Shown: positions 28,842 through 39,578, numbered from the stretch's first letter. The stretch: 64,000 nt of DNA from Candidatus Saccharimonadota bacterium (GCA_050486305.1 JBJHDA010000001.1:179071-243070); one strand, 5' to 3'. Numbers and translations: made by a program. The notes: generated by a model from the letters alone, not told the origin.

Positions 28842-30749
28842 ATGGATATAAAACCACCGGGGACAAACGACGAAAAAAACAATAAGGATACAACGCAAAA
28901 CGAGCCTTCGGGTTCTCAACCAGCAGCAGATGGTCAAACGGATAACCTTTCGAGTCCGAAGCCATTCACAATGGACGATCCCGCACAGGTTGTACAGCAG
29001 ACTTCAACGCCGTCGTCTGACACTGCTGAGGATGTCACGCCGAAGCCGTTTACTATGGATGACAGTGACGTAGCCACAGATGCTCCTGCTAGCTCGGCAA
29101 CTCCGGCATCGGCACGTACGGCTCCGACGAGTGAGACAGATTCTACACAGATGGAGACAGAACTGACAACGAACACACAGGCAGCGAATCAGCCCAGCGA
29201 ACCTGTTGAAAATCAGGAAGCAGTCCCCTCTTCATTAATGGGCAAGCATCCACAAGAAGATTCTGCAGATCCAGCTGAAGCGCCAGAAAAAGTCGAGCAA
29301 AATCCTCCGATTGCAAACATTGCTGCTGATGGCACACCTGCTTCTCCAGCGTCGCCATTACCAGGTGATACGAATGCCACGGATACAGCTTCTGGCTCAT
29401 CGGAGAAAAAGCGAAGCAAATTGCCCCTTATCATAGGCGGTGTGTTATTGCTCGTTGCTGCATTGGCTGGCTTTGTTTTTGGTTACTATTTGCCAAATCA
29501 GCCAGAGAATGTCTACAGCGCAGGGATTGAGCGGACAGGAGATGCCGTTGAAGAACTCGTCGTGCAAGCTACTCACATAGAGCAGCTTGAAGAACTATCA
29601 CTTATGGAGCTAACCGGCGATATAAAAGTCACAGGTGATGGAATGGCGTTTGAGGGCGACTTTACCTCTCGGTTCGATGACGGAAAATCAGATAGTTCTT
29701 TTATTATTTCCATGAGTGGTGATAGCGCTGACCAGCGGCTTGAGATGGGGGCAAACATTATCACTGATATCGCTGAAGGAAGCCAATTTCCTGATATATT
29801 CTTTCAGGTGCGAGGACTTGAAGCGCTTGGCGCTGACATGTTCCTCCCGGGCATATCAAACTACGAGAACCGCTGGATACATGTTAACGCTGACTACATA
29901 AAAGAAGCGCTTGAAGATATGGAGATTGATGGTGATGATGCTTTTGATGATATTAGACCGGAAGATTTCGCCGATGCTGCACGGACTGCCGCAGCAATAA
30001 CAAACAAATACGTTTTTAGCAGCGGAGAAAATGCTGTCGTTGAACTGGAAGAATTCACCGGGGAAGAAGATTTTGACGATATACGGACGTTTCGTTATGA
30101 CGTCTCAATTAACGTAGATAATGCACGAGCGTATTGTGTGGAGTTAAGTGAAGCAATGATCGAAACCGAGCTATATAGGAAAATTGATGGTGCGGACGAA
30201 GAGCGCCGAACGACTTTGAAGGAAGATGCCAGAACATCTTGTGATGAACTTTCAGACGATGATTTTACTGACACAGATATTACGATGTGGGTAGATCGGC
30301 GCACGAAACTTATTCATAAGGTTCGTTTTAGTGAAGCGTCTAACCGGGATAGCTATATTGAGTTCGGCCAGCGCTACGCTGGAGGTGATGACATTGAAGT
30401 TTTTGTTGCCGCTGAGCTACCGGAGGAAAACCAATCATTCGTCTTTACGGTGTATTTCAATATTGATACGAACGTAACGACAGGACGATTGACAGTAGAT
30501 GATACGAGCAGTGCAAACCCATATAATGTTGAAGCAAATATGGAAGTGAAGCCATTTGATGCATCTGTTGAGATACAACGCCCCGGAGATGCTGTTCCGA
30601 TTGAGACAATAATAGATGAGATCATGACTGGATTCTTTGAGCCGCAACCTGTTGATGGCATGACATTTGACGAGGATTTTGATTTCGAGCCGCAGCAACC
30701 GCGCGGCGAACCATCATTCCTCGAGACAATGGATAGGCTATTCCTGTAG
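28842..30749 (+). CDS. Large acidic single-pass surface protein, unknown function
   Basis: 635 aa. About 190-aa disordered N-terminus with a duplicated PKPFTMDD motif, one TM (LPLIIGGVLLLVAALAGFVFGYY), then a 420-aa highly acidic ectodomain. Confidence 0.6.
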   Translation: MDIKPPGTNDEKNNKDTTQNEPSGSQPAADGQTDNLSSPKPFTMDDPAQVVQQTSTPSSDTAEDVTPKPFTMDDSDVATDAPASSATPASARTAPTSETDSTQMETELTTNTQAANQPSEPVENQEAVPSSLMGKHPQEDSADPAEAPEKVEQNPPIANIAADGTPASPASPLPGDTNATDTASGSSEKKRSKLPLIIGGVLLLVAALAGFVFGYYLPNQPENVYSAGIERTGDAVEELVVQATHIEQLEELSLMELTGDIKVTGDGMAFEGDFTSRFDDGKSDSSFIISMSGDSADQRLEMGANIITDIAEGSQFPDIFFQVRGLEALGADMFLPGISNYENRWIHVNADYIKEALEDMEIDGDDAFDDIRPEDFADAARTAAAITNKYVFSSGENAVVELEEFTGEEDFDDIRTFRYDVSINVDNARAYCVELSEAMIETELYRKIDGADEERRTTLKEDARTSCDELSDDDFTDTDITMWVDRRTKLIHKVRFSEASNRDSYIEFGQRYAGGDDIEVFVAAELPEENQSFVFTVYFNIDTNVTTGRLTVDDTSSANPYNVEANMEVKPFDASVEIQRPGDAVPIETIIDEIMTGFFEPQPVDGMTFDEDFDFEPQQPRGEPSFLETMDRLFL

Positions 30750-30782
30750 GCAAACGATACAAGATATTGGTATACAAAAAAT

Positions 30783-31529
30783 ATGCAAGAAGCGCACGCG
30801 TCACAACACAGTAATCATCCTGCTCTTGATGTACAGGGCGTATTCATCGACATTAAAAAAACAGCAATACTACACGATGTTTCTTTTCGTATAGCGCCAG
30901 GAACTGTTATTGGTTTGCTTGGTCCATCCGGTTCTGGAAAAACAACCCTGATGCGTTCTATTGTCGGGCTGCAGTATGTTAGAGACGGCAAAATAAGCGT
31001 ACAAGGCTTGCTTGCTGGCGATCGCTCGTTGTCGCGCCGCATCGGTTATGTTACTCAATCCCCTTCTGTGTACTCGGACCTGACGGTGCGAGAAAATGTG
31101 CGCTATTTTGCTCGTATAACAGGGGCCAGTAAGCAGAGCGTTGAGGATACGCTGGATAGGGTCGGACTTTCTGATTTTGCTGGTCGTGTTGTCTCAAGCT
31201 TATCAGGCGGCCAACGGGCGCGGGTTTCACTGTCTATTGCTCTTGTTCATGACCCCGATATCTTGATCCTAGATGAGCCAACCGTAGGGCTGGACCCTGT
31301 GTTAAGAAAACAACTATGGGAGCATTTTCACTCATTGGCAAATGAAGGAAAAACACTTTTGGTTTCAAGTCATGTAATGGATGAAGCAGAGCGCTGCGAT
31401 CGAATTGTCCTATTAAGGGGCGGAAGAGTAATTGCTGATGATACGATTGATAATTTACGCGCGAAGAGCCATAAAGAACGAATGGATGACATATTTATAT
31501 CGCTCATAAACGAGGAGGCGCAGGAGTGA
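30783..31529 (+). CDS. ABC transporter ATP-binding protein (ABC-2/DrrA-like)
   Basis: 248 aa. GPSGSGKTT, LSGGQRARV, ILILDEPT. Confidence 0.85.
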   Translation: MQEAHASQHSNHPALDVQGVFIDIKKTAILHDVSFRIAPGTVIGLLGPSGSGKTTLMRSIVGLQYVRDGKISVQGLLAGDRSLSRRIGYVTQSPSVYSDLTVRENVRYFARITGASKQSVEDTLDRVGLSDFAGRVVSSLSGGQRARVSLSIALVHDPDILILDEPTVGLDPVLRKQLWEHFHSLANEGKTLLVSSHVMDEAERCDRIVLLRGGRVIADDTIDNLRAKSHKERMDDIFISLINEEAQE

Positions 31530-32263
31530 GTCCGAAAAGGGTTGCAGCCACCGCTGGGAGGATATTTCGGCAGCTAAAGCGTGATCCGCGCACTATTGCT
31601 CTTATGTTGGTTGTACCAGTCATGGTACTCGTTATACTTCGGTTTGTTTTTGCTGATGCTCTGGAGTTGTATGACGCTTTTGCGCCGATGATGATAGGTA
31701 TCATGACGTTTATCGTCATGTTTGTTATTTCAAGTATCGCTACGCTTAGAGAGCGACAGAGCGGTACACTGGAGCGATTGTTGATTTCGCCAATGACGAG
31801 GCTAGACGTTATTTTAGGTTATGCCTTGGCGTTTGGCTCAACGTCTTTACTGCAGTCAGGTATAGTGACCGCAGTGGTTATTGGAGCTTTCGAAGTTGCG
31901 ATCGCTGCAAATTTTACTTCTGTCTTGTTGGTTGCTGTATTATCTGGTTTGGTTGGCATGTCGTTTGGACTGTTTCTAAGCGGTTTTGCATCCAGTGAAT
32001 TTCAGGCGGTGCAGTTTATGCCTGCCTTTGTTTTGCCGCAGATTTTCTTAGTAGGAATTTTTATACCTCGTGACCAAATGGCACGAGGCCTAGAAATAGC
32101 ATCTAACATCCTCCCGCTTACCTATGTCGTTGAGGCTATGCAGGAGCTAACTATGCATGCAAATTGGACGAGTGAATTATCTGTTTCAATTATGGTGCTT
32201 GTCGGCTTTGGTTTGGGATCGCTGCTGCTGGCAAGTATGACGATGCGTCGAGTTCAAAAATAG
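31526..32263 (+). CDS. ABC-2 type transporter permease
   Basis: 245 aa, 6 TM, GTGA start/stop overlap with the ATPase gene (its GTG start is tabulated as M in the ORF track). Confidence 0.8.
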   Translation: MSPKRVAATAGRIFRQLKRDPRTIALMLVVPVMVLVILRFVFADALELYDAFAPMMIGIMTFIVMFVISSIATLRERQSGTLERLLISPMTRLDVILGYALAFGSTSLLQSGIVTAVVIGAFEVAIAANFTSVLLVAVLSGLVGMSFGLFLSGFASSEFQAVQFMPAFVLPQIFLVGIFIPRDQMARGLEIASNILPLTYVVEAMQELTMHANWTSELSVSIMVLVGFGLGSLLLASMTMRRVQK

Positions 32264-32286
32264 CACAAACTGGTATACTTACTACC

Positions 32287-33576
32287 ATGAAACAGGTGAA
32301 GTATTGGCTCGTTGGTTTTGTGGTACTGGTGAGTGGGTTGCTCACGGTACTATTACACGACAGTGTAAAGGCCGAGGCAGGAGCATCGCTCATATACACT
32401 ACTGAAGTTCGTGAGGACATAAAAGCCGGCACCGTGCTGGATATCCAGCGGTCAATAAATCGTGCTGAGCAAGCCGATGCGGATTACTTGATTATTAAGC
32501 TGGATACACCAGGCGGATTATTACAGTCTACCCGAACAATTGTGGAGGCTATGCAGACCAGCAATGTGCCGATAGTCGTGTATGTTGATCAGCCAGGCGG
32601 CTGGGCATTTTCTGCTGGCACAATCATTTTACTGGCTGCAGATGAAGCTATTGTTCACCCAAATGCCTCTATCGGTGCAGCACAGCCATTTACCCAAGGT
32701 GAGACCAATGAGACGCAAGATGAGAAGGCCTTGGAGGCTACCGTATCATGGATACGATCTATTGCGGATGAGCAAGGTAGAGATAAGGATATTGCAGAGT
32801 TGTTCGTTCGAGAAAACTTAACGCTCGGAGGCACGGATGCGCTTGAACAGAACGTTATCAATCAGGTAGCAAGCAATTTCGAAGAAGTGCTTCAGTACCT
32901 AGGGGCAGAAGACGCCGAAGTAATTGAGATCCGACCGTCACTTACCGCACGCGTACTAAACATTCTTTCCTCGCCTTTCTTAGTGTCGCTATTTATCACG
33001 CTTGGCTCTTTGGCGTTGCTGCTGGCAATCCGATCCGGTGAGTTTGAGTTTACTGCAGTTGTCGGGATTATTCTTTTGCTCATTGGCCTATGGGGCATCG
33101 GAGTTATCGAGTTCACGGTGCTCGGCATCGGGCTTCTGCTGCTTGGTGCAGTGTTGGTTATGATCGAAGCGTTTGATCAGCCTGGCTTTGGGCTGTTTGG
33201 AGCTGGTGGCATTTTGGCAATTTTAGCCGGCGTATTTACCTTGAGCGAGGAACCGTTTTATGCGCCTGAGGTTTTTAGTATCGCTACGCTCATAACGCTT
33301 GTTACGCTTTTGATTGCAGTCGTTGCGCTTGTGTTTATCAGTCGCGCACTTGCTCGGTCGATAAAATCAAAACCGGTGTCTGGCAAAGAAGGACTTATCG
33401 GCAAAGAGGCGGTTGTTACACAGGCACTGTCACCGAAAGGACGAGTATTAGTAGAAGGCCAATCCTGGCAAGCAGAGCTTGCTGATAATCGGCAGAAGGC
33501 GCCAAAAAGTACAAAAACGTGTATCATGGAGTTAAGGGGAAATACGTTAATAGTAAAGAAGAAGGGAGATAAGTAA
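32287..33576 (+). CDS. NfeD-family membrane-bound ClpP-class serine protease
   Basis: 429 aa. ClpP-like N-domain ([22 protein letters not shown]), 4-5 TM, C-terminal OB-like NfeD domain ([26 protein letters not shown]). Confidence 0.75.
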   Translation: MKQVKYWLVGFVVLVSGLLTVLLHDSVKAEAGASLIYTTEVREDIKAGTVLDIQRSINRAEQADADYLIIKLDTPGGLLQSTRTIVEAMQTSNVPIVVYVDQPGGWAFSAGTIILLAADEAIVHPNASIGAAQPFTQGETNETQDEKALEATVSWIRSIADEQGRDKDIAELFVRENLTLGGTDALEQNVINQVASNFEEVLQYLGAEDAEVIEIRPSLTARVLNILSSPFLVSLFITLGSLALLLAIRSGEFEFTAVVGIILLLIGLWGIGVIEFTVLGIGLLLLGAVLVMIEAFDQPGFGLFGAGGILAILAGVFTLSEEPFYAPEVFSIATLITLVTLLIAVVALVFISRALARSIKSKPVSGKEGLIGKEAVVTQALSPKGRVLVEGQSWQAELADNRQKAPKSTKTCIMELRGNTLIVKKKGDK

Positions 33577-34328
33577 TGGATTTTATCGTACTGTTGTTCT
33601 GGCTAGTTGTTTTGGCTATGTTTATTGCGCCTGCTACCGTTCGTATAACGAATGAATATGAGCGGGGTGTTATTTTTCGGCTTGGCCGGTTCTCTGCGGT
33701 TAAAGGTCCGGGTCTTTTCCTTATCATTCCATTTATTGACAAGATGGTAAAAGTGGATCTTCGTGTCGTGACCATGGATGTACCGCCACAGGAAGTTATT
33801 AGTGAGGACAATGTCCCAATAAAAGTTGATGCGGTGGTTTATTTCCGTGTGTCAGATCCGCAAAAGGCGACAATTGATATCGAGAACTTTCGTATGGCAA
33901 CCTCCCAAGTTTCACAAACGACCCTGCGTACCGTTACTGGCTCATCAAGTCTTGACGAAATTCTGACGAATCGAGAAAAGGTCAACGAGCGGCTGCATAG
34001 TATTATTGATGAAGCGACTGACCCTTGGGGAATCAAGGTAACTTCGGTTGAGGTCAAGCATGTAGAAATTCCGACAAACATGCAGCGCGCAATTGCGAAA
34101 CAGGCTGAAGCGGAACGAATGCGACGTGCAAAGATTATCCTGGCCGAGGGAGAATATCAGGCTTCAGAGAAACTGAAGCAAGCTGGCGATGTGCTTGGTG
34201 CCTCTCCGATTGCCTTGCGATACCTCGAAACGCTAACTGACGCGGCGAAAGAACCGAATACGACTGTTCTCTTCCCTATGGAAATGATTAGTTTTGTGAA
34301 CGACATCATCAATAAGCCGAAAAAATAA
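33576..34328 (+). CDS. SPFH/Band-7 (stomatin-like) protein
   Basis: 250 aa. ATG overlaps the NfeD stop (TAATG). [12 protein letters not shown]..., classical stomatin core and coiled-coil [14 protein letters not shown]. Confidence 0.85.
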   Translation: MDFIVLLFWLVVLAMFIAPATVRITNEYERGVIFRLGRFSAVKGPGLFLIIPFIDKMVKVDLRVVTMDVPPQEVISEDNVPIKVDAVVYFRVSDPQKATIDIENFRMATSQVSQTTLRTVTGSSSLDEILTNREKVNERLHSIIDEATDPWGIKVTSVEVKHVEIPTNMQRAIAKQAEAERMRRAKIILAEGEYQASEKLKQAGDVLGASPIALRYLETLTDAAKEPNTTVLFPMEMISFVNDIINKPKK

Positions 34329-34394
34329 TCAAGTAAAGAACTTCTAGGACTTAGCTAGTCAATTGTAATTCGTGTTTATGTGGGGAAATCAGGG

Positions 34395-35609
34395 TTACGA
34401 ACTTATGAATGTTCGGGCTGTTCCACCCTGTCCGGCACGACCAGTTCGGCCGATCCGGTGGACGTAGGTGTCATGTGTTTGAGGCTGGTCGAAGTTTACG
34501 ACTAGGTGGACGTTTGGTATGTCCAGTCCACGAGCAGCGACATCGGTCGCGACTAAGACAGAAGAATCAGAGTTCTTGAATGCTTTTAGTGCTCGCTGTC
34601 TTTGTGACTGTGACTTATTGCCATGGATAGCCTGCGCTTGATGACCTTGCTTTGCGAGTGTATCAGCTAAGCGCTGTACCCCGTGCTTTGTTTCGCCAAA
34701 TACAAGAACTTTTCCATACTCAGGGCGTTGAAGAAGCTCTACTAAATGTTCAATTTTTTCTTCTTTTGTATTGGCCACAATAACATTCTGGTCGATGTGT
34801 TCGCTGGTTATGGTCGGTGTCGTTGATATTAGCGTTGCATCATTTTGGATTCCCTGCAGCAAACGTGAAACGGCTGGGGTCATGGTAGCACTAAAGCATG
34901 CGACCTGCTTTTTGGCGGGAAGCGTCTGCATAATGAACTGCATGTCCGGCAAAAAGCCCATATCAAGCATTTGATCAGCTTCGTCTAGTACGAGCGTTTT
35001 GGTCTGCCCAAGCTTCAGCTCACCTTGCTTCAGTAGATCCTTTAGTCGACCCGGCGTACCAATAACGACATTTACTCCACGGCGCAATTCACTTTTTTGC
35101 CGCTGTATGTTTGCTCCGCCTACGCAAACGACAGAGAATAACCCTAGTCCTCGCGCGAATGACCTGAACTCTTCGCTGACCTGCTGCGCAAGCTCGCGGG
35201 TTGGCGTTATAACAAGTGCTGCGTTTCGGCTTTTTTGCTGTAGTAACTGGTGGATAATCGGGAGCAAGAAGGCCGCTGTTTTACCAGTTCCGGTACTTGC
35301 AAGGCCGATTACATCACCGCCATCCATTAATGGCCGAATTGTTTTGTCCTGGATTGGTGTTGGCGTCTCGTACCCTTTACTCGATACGTTTTTCTGAAGA
35401 TTAGCGTGAAAACCAAAGTCAGAAAACGTGTGCGTCGCCTGCTCTGTCTCTGCGGTCTGTAGCGGTACAGCCTTATTAATGTATCGTTTTGGGTCGATAT
35501 ACGATTGCTTATTTCGGAATCCGCCTTTTCTGGAGCGGTTCCCGCCGTGAAACGATTTCGATTTAAATGATTGTCGCCGCGTCGGCGAACTGGAATAGCG
35601 TCTATTCAT
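34395..35609 (-). CDS. DEAD-box ATP-dependent RNA helicase
   Basis: Q-motif FSDFGF...TPIQ, motif I ASTGTGKT, motif II VLDEADQM, SAT, HRIGRTGRAG. ATG at 35609 has AAGGA upstream. Confidence 0.9.
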   Translation of the reverse strand: MNRRYSSSPTRRQSFKSKSFHGGNRSRKGGFRNKQSYIDPKRYINKAVPLQTAETEQATHTFSDFGFHANLQKNVSSKGYETPTPIQDKTIRPLMDGGDVIGLASTGTGKTAAFLLPIIHQLLQQKSRNAALVITPTRELAQQVSEEFRSFARGLGLFSVVCVGGANIQRQKSELRRGVNVVIGTPGRLKDLLKQGELKLGQTKTLVLDEADQMLDMGFLPDMQFIMQTLPAKKQVACFSATMTPAVSRLLQGIQNDATLISTTPTITSEHIDQNVIVANTKEEKIEHLVELLQRPEYGKVLVFGETKHGVQRLADTLAKQGHQAQAIHGNKSQSQRQRALKAFKNSDSSVLVATDVAARGLDIPNVHLVVNFDQPQTHDTYVHRIGRTGRAGQGGTARTFISS

Positions 35610-35869
35610 TAGTTTTCCTTTGTATATATAATAATATTCTCGCAAGATGGAACAGCGAGAAAATACAAACGATTCACTAATTACTCGACATTCAAAGATT
35701 TACGATTGGGCTAACTGTACCATAAGCACTGTTCATGGTCAACTGCATTTAATTGCAACGCACAGTATTTGCGCTGACGTCACCCAATCTAGCATATTTC
35801 ATAAACATCGCTACAACGCTTCTTATCAGCTATCTGCCACAGCCGCATAAGTCAAGCTATCATGTTTTG

Positions 35870-35986
35870 TCATCCGTCGTCTCTAGATATTTTCTTTCTG
35901 ACGTCTTTCGCCTTTTGTTTTGCCCGGCCCTTCATCTCATGCATCTTATTCTCTGCTTTATTCGAGCTATCTTTACGCTTTACCAT
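35870..35986 (-). CDS. Possible 38-aa basic micro-protein (stress-protein-like)
   Basis: Below the ORF-track cutoff. GGGGGTGG Shine-Dalgarno 6 nt upstream of the ATG. Translation MVKRKDSSNKAENKMHEMKGRAKQKAKDVRKKISRDDG. Directly downstream of 36003..36281. Confidence 0.45.
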   Translation of the reverse strand: MVKRKDSSNKAENKMHEMKGRAKQKAKDVRKKISRDDG

Positions 35987-36002
35987 GTTGACCACCCCCT
36001 GC

Positions 36003-36281
36003 TTATTCGGTTAAATTATTATTCTCGTCGTTGTTATTTTCTTCATCGTCCCCATTAAATAGCCCATTATCGTTGGTTGCTGGCTCCTCCTCGTCCTCTT
36101 CTTCAATAGGAGCTACATCATTGGTATCAAGTGCTTCCTCAATCCCTTCTTGGATTTGTGTTTCAAGATTCTCTCCAGCTCGGTTGTAGGCTGTCCATGC
36201 GAAGATTATTCCTGCTATAGCGAGCACGAGTGCTACCCATGCAACTACACTTGCTGCGCCGGATTGTTTGTATTCTGCCAT
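36003..36281 (-). CDS. Small membrane-anchored acidic protein
   Basis: 92 aa. One TM (VVAWVALVLAIAGIIFAW) followed by an Asp/Glu/Asn-rich tail. Confidence 0.5.
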   Translation of the reverse strand: MAEYKQSGAASVVAWVALVLAIAGIIFAWTAYNRAGENLETQIQEGIEEALDTNDVAPIEEEDEEEPATNDNGLFNGDDEENNNDENNNLTE

Positions 36282-36402
36282 ACTTCTACCCCTTTCATTA
36301 GTGTAACGATGTGCGAATAGTAGAAAAGAATTCAGCTCTACGCTGTAAATAAAGTAACAGGATAGACTACTATTTTCTCTAATAGAGTTTTGAGCCTGGT
36401 GG

Positions 36403-38457
36403 CTAACCTAAATGTAGTTTTCGTAAAAATTGAGCATTTATAGCGACAATAATCGTGGACAGCGACATAAGGACCGCGCCGACCGCAGGCGCCAGGATAA
36501 TCCCGAACCCAGCGAGCACTCCGGCAGCCAATGGTATAGCTAGCACGTTATATCCGGTTGCCCATGCTAGATTTTGCTGCATCTTTCGGAAGCTTACCTT
36601 TGACAGCCTGAAGATCTTGCTTACACTGCGAGGATCGTTTGATGCTAATACAATGCCAGCTGACTCTATGGCAACATCAGTTCCTGCCCCAATTGCGATG
36701 CCGATATCTGCCTGGACAAGTGCAGGCGCATCATTTACGCCATCGCCGACCATCGCGACGCGCTTGTCTTCTTTCTGGAGCCTCTTAACTGTGTCCGTCT
36801 TATGTTCGGGTAACACTTCGGCAAAATATTGATCAATTCCGAGCTCTTTAGCAACCCAGGCAGCTACGGGCGCAGAGTCACCTGTTAACATGGCAACACT
36901 TACGCCGGTTTTTTTGAGTTGCGCCACAGCATCGTACGACTCTTCGCGTATTTCATCCGTAAACGTCAATGCTCCGATAACGTCACGGTCTTTTAGAACA
37001 TAAATGACAGTTTTACCCTCTTCTCCTGCTTGTTTTATTTTACCGAGGAGACTATTTGGAATGTCGACTCTTTGTTCGGCGAGTAATTGCGGGCCGCCAA
37101 CGTGTATAACATCTTTATCAATCAAGGCCTTTACACCTTTTCCTGGCAGAGATTGAAACTCAGTCGCTTTCCGTACCTTTATCTTTTCTTCCATTGCCTT
37201 TCGGACAACCGCTTGCGCTATCGGATGCTGAGAGTCGGCTTCAACAGCGGCAGCTAACCCGAGCAGTTTTCCCTCGTTCGTATGAGCCGCTGGAAAGATG
37301 TCAGCGACCCCTTGCTCACCTCGAGTGAGCGTCCCTGTCTTATCAAATAACACTACGTCTATATTTCGGGCGTTCTCCAGTGCTGCCCGGTCCCTGACTA
37401 ATAGGCCGTTTCGCGCTGCGAGCGTCGTTGAGATTGAGGTAACCAAAGGGATTGCTAGCCCAAGTGCGTGCGGACAGGCAATAATTAAGACGGTGACGGT
37501 TCGCTCAAGTGCGAAGTCGCTGCCCTGCCCGCTGAAGGCAAGCCAACCAAAAAATGTGACTGCTGCTACGCTAAGAGCTATATATGTTAGATAGAATGCG
37601 GCCCTGTCTGCCAATACTTGCGAACGTGACTTTGAGTTCTGTGCTTCTGCGACAAGCCGCATAATTCCGGCCAACATGGTTGATTCACCCGTTTTCGTAA
37701 CTTTGACGCGCAATGAACCCTCTCCATTAATGGTGCCTCCTATAACCTCGTCATCTAGGCTCTTTTTTATGGGCTTTGATTCGCCGGTTACCATCGATTC
37801 ATTAACTTTGGATTCTCCGTCGACTACTAACCCGTCAATCGGTATGCTTGCACCAGGTCGGACGAGGACAATGTCACCTTGCTTAAGGTCGCTTACAGCA
37901 ACTGTGCGAGTCGAACCTCCTTCTATTAGTTCAGCTTCGTCTGGCAAAAGCTTAGCTAGCTCCTGGAGTGCTCCCTGGGCACTTTGAATAGAGCGCATTT
38001 CCATCCAGTGTCCAAACAGCATAATTGTAATTAGGGTGGCAAGCTCCCAGAAGAACTCCATGCCTTCAATGAGAAACAAGGTCGCTACACTATAGGTATA
38101 AGCAACAATAATAGCCAGAGAGATAAGCGTCATCATGCCAGGGAGCCGCTGCTTCAGTTCTGACGTCGCTCCTTTTATAAAAACACCGCCCCCATAGAAA
38201 AAAACGATTGTCCCTAGTAGGGCTGGCACCCATTCACTCGCCGGAAATGCTGGCGCAGTGAATCCAATCCATTCTTGTATCATAGGTGAATAAAGCACGA
38301 CGGGGATAGAAATCAGCAAACTTAACCAAAACTTCTGCCGGAACATATCTGGGCTATGGCCAGCATGCTTATCATGATTTTCTGATGATTCATCGTGCGG
38401 CGCATTGTTATGATGATGCATCGCCTTTTCATTATTGCTTTGTTCGTGACAGTGCAT
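36403..38457 (-). CDS. copB: Copper-translocating P1B-type ATPase, CopB-like (His-rich N-terminus, CPH motif)
   Basis: 684 aa. N-terminus MHCHEQSNNEKAMHHHNNAPHDESSENHDKHAGH, TM CPHALGLAIP, phosphorylation site DKTGTLT, hinge VGDGVNDAPAL. Confidence 0.9.
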   Translation of the reverse strand: MHCHEQSNNEKAMHHHNNAPHDESSENHDKHAGHSPDMFRQKFWLSLLISIPVVLYSPMIQEWIGFTAPAFPASEWVPALLGTIVFFYGGGVFIKGATSELKQRLPGMMTLISLAIIVAYTYSVATLFLIEGMEFFWELATLITIMLFGHWMEMRSIQSAQGALQELAKLLPDEAELIEGGSTRTVAVSDLKQGDIVLVRPGASIPIDGLVVDGESKVNESMVTGESKPIKKSLDDEVIGGTINGEGSLRVKVTKTGESTMLAGIMRLVAEAQNSKSRSQVLADRAAFYLTYIALSVAAVTFFGWLAFSGQGSDFALERTVTVLIIACPHALGLAIPLVTSISTTLAARNGLLVRDRAALENARNIDVVLFDKTGTLTRGEQGVADIFPAAHTNEGKLLGLAAAVEADSQHPIAQAVVRKAMEEKIKVRKATEFQSLPGKGVKALIDKDVIHVGGPQLLAEQRVDIPNSLLGKIKQAGEEGKTVIYVLKDRDVIGALTFTDEIREESYDAVAQLKKTGVSVAMLTGDSAPVAAWVAKELGIDQYFAEVLPEHKTDTVKRLQKEDKRVAMVGDGVNDAPALVQADIGIAIGAGTDVAIESAGIVLASNDPRSVSKIFRLSKVSFRKMQQNLAWATGYNVLAIPLAAGVLAGFGIILAPAVGAVLMSLSTIIVAINAQFLRKLHLG

Positions 38458-38459
38458 AG

Positions 38460-38951
38460 CTAAGCCTGCTGTCCCACCGGATATTTATCAGGATTTTTCA
38501 TAAATGACTGCTTGCAACCAGCACCACAAAAATAGAATGTCTCACCTTTTTTTTCTACCTTTTCGGGGGCTTCTGAAGCTGCCATCCTCATGCCACAGAC
38601 GATGTCGTGAACAAGCGGATACAGGCTCTTAGGGCTAGCGCTGAGTAAGCTCGAATCAGGGGCCCCATCATGCTCAACCAAAAATTGGCGGACAAGGCTA
38701 CAGGCCTTTGCGATCTTTTTATTGCTTAACGCGTAATAAACCGTTGTTCCCTCTTTGCGACTATTTAGTACCCCAGCTTGACGTAGGAGGCCGAGATGTT
38801 GCGAGACGTTTGACTGTGGGATTCCAAGCATAGAAACCATCTGGTTTACTGATAGTTCGCCGTGTGTGAGTAATTGGATAATTTCAAGGCGTTTTTGGCT
38901 TGCGATAACCTTAAAGATGTCTTCTTGTCTTTTAAATAGTTTTTCATACAT
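38460..38951 (-). CDS. ArsR/SmtB-family metalloregulator with C-terminal YHS/TRASH-like metal-binding domain
   Basis: KVIASQKRLEIIQLL...LSVNQMVSMLGIPQSNVSQHLGLL (ArsR wHTH). C-terminus ETFYFCGAGCKQSFMKNPDKY (YHS/TRASH pattern). ATG at 38951. Confidence 0.75.
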   Translation of the reverse strand: MYEKLFKRQEDIFKVIASQKRLEIIQLLTHGELSVNQMVSMLGIPQSNVSQHLGLLRQAGVLNSRKEGTTVYYALSNKKIAKACSLVRQFLVEHDGAPDSSLLSASPKSLYPLVHDIVCGMRMAASEAPEKVEKKGETFYFCGAGCKQSFMKNPDKYPVGQQA

Positions 38952-39056
38952 GCGACAAAGTATAACACATATATTCAAATATTAGAATGTTTGCATATAC
39001 AAAAAAATAATGCTATTTTTGAGACATAGAAACGTAATACAAGGATTGCAAAAAAC

Positions 39057-39578
39057 ATGGGAAAACTGCGCACAAACATGAATATAAAGGGGTGGTCGCT
39101 CCTTCTCTCCCCTGTAGTAATCATTATGCTAGCCGTAAGCTTCTTTGCAATAAACACAAATGAGCGTCTATCTATGCCATGGCATGAAAATAGCTCCGGT
39201 GCTACCCATGAGCTCATTGTATATAAGTCTGCCACGTGTGGTTGCTGTGATATACATGCGGATTACCTTATAGCACAAGGGTACCGAGTTGAGAAAGTTG
39301 ATACTGAGAACATGGAGGAAATAAAAGACCGATATAGCGTGCCTAGGGAGCTTTGGAGCTGTCATACAACAATAGTTAATGGCGGTGAGTATTTCATTGA
39401 GGGGCACATACCCGTAGAAGCAATTGAGGAGTTGCTTGAGTCAGAGCCTGAGATAGCAGGAATAGGTATGCCCGGTATGCCATCTGGTTCTCCTGGTATG
39501 CCCGGTCCGAAGTATGAACCATTCGAAATAATGCAGGTAGACGAAGACGGGAACGTTAGCCGTTTTATGAGCATATGA
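39057..39578 (+). CDS. DUF411 (CopG-like) metal-binding protein
   Basis: 173 aa. Signal anchor, YKSATCGCCDIHADYL (CxCC), WSCHTTIVNGGEYFIEGHIP, Met/Pro-rich GMPGMPSGSPGMPGP. Confidence 0.7.
   Translation: MGKLRTNMNIKGWSLLLSPVVIIMLAVSFFAINTNERLSMPWHENSSGATHELIVYKSATCGCCDIHADYLIAQGYRVEKVDTENMEEIKDRYSVPRELWSCHTTIVNGGEYFIEGHIPVEAIEELLESEPEIAGIGMPGMPSGSPGMPGPKYEPFEIMQVDEDGNVSRFMSI

Noticed and set aside
35647-36058. ORFs 35647..35850 (+) and 35753..36058 (+).
   Set aside because: They are antisense to or overlap the better-supported minus-strand small genes, or lie in the helicase leader. There are no start signals, and the composition is Cys/His/Leu-rich as in non-coding frames.
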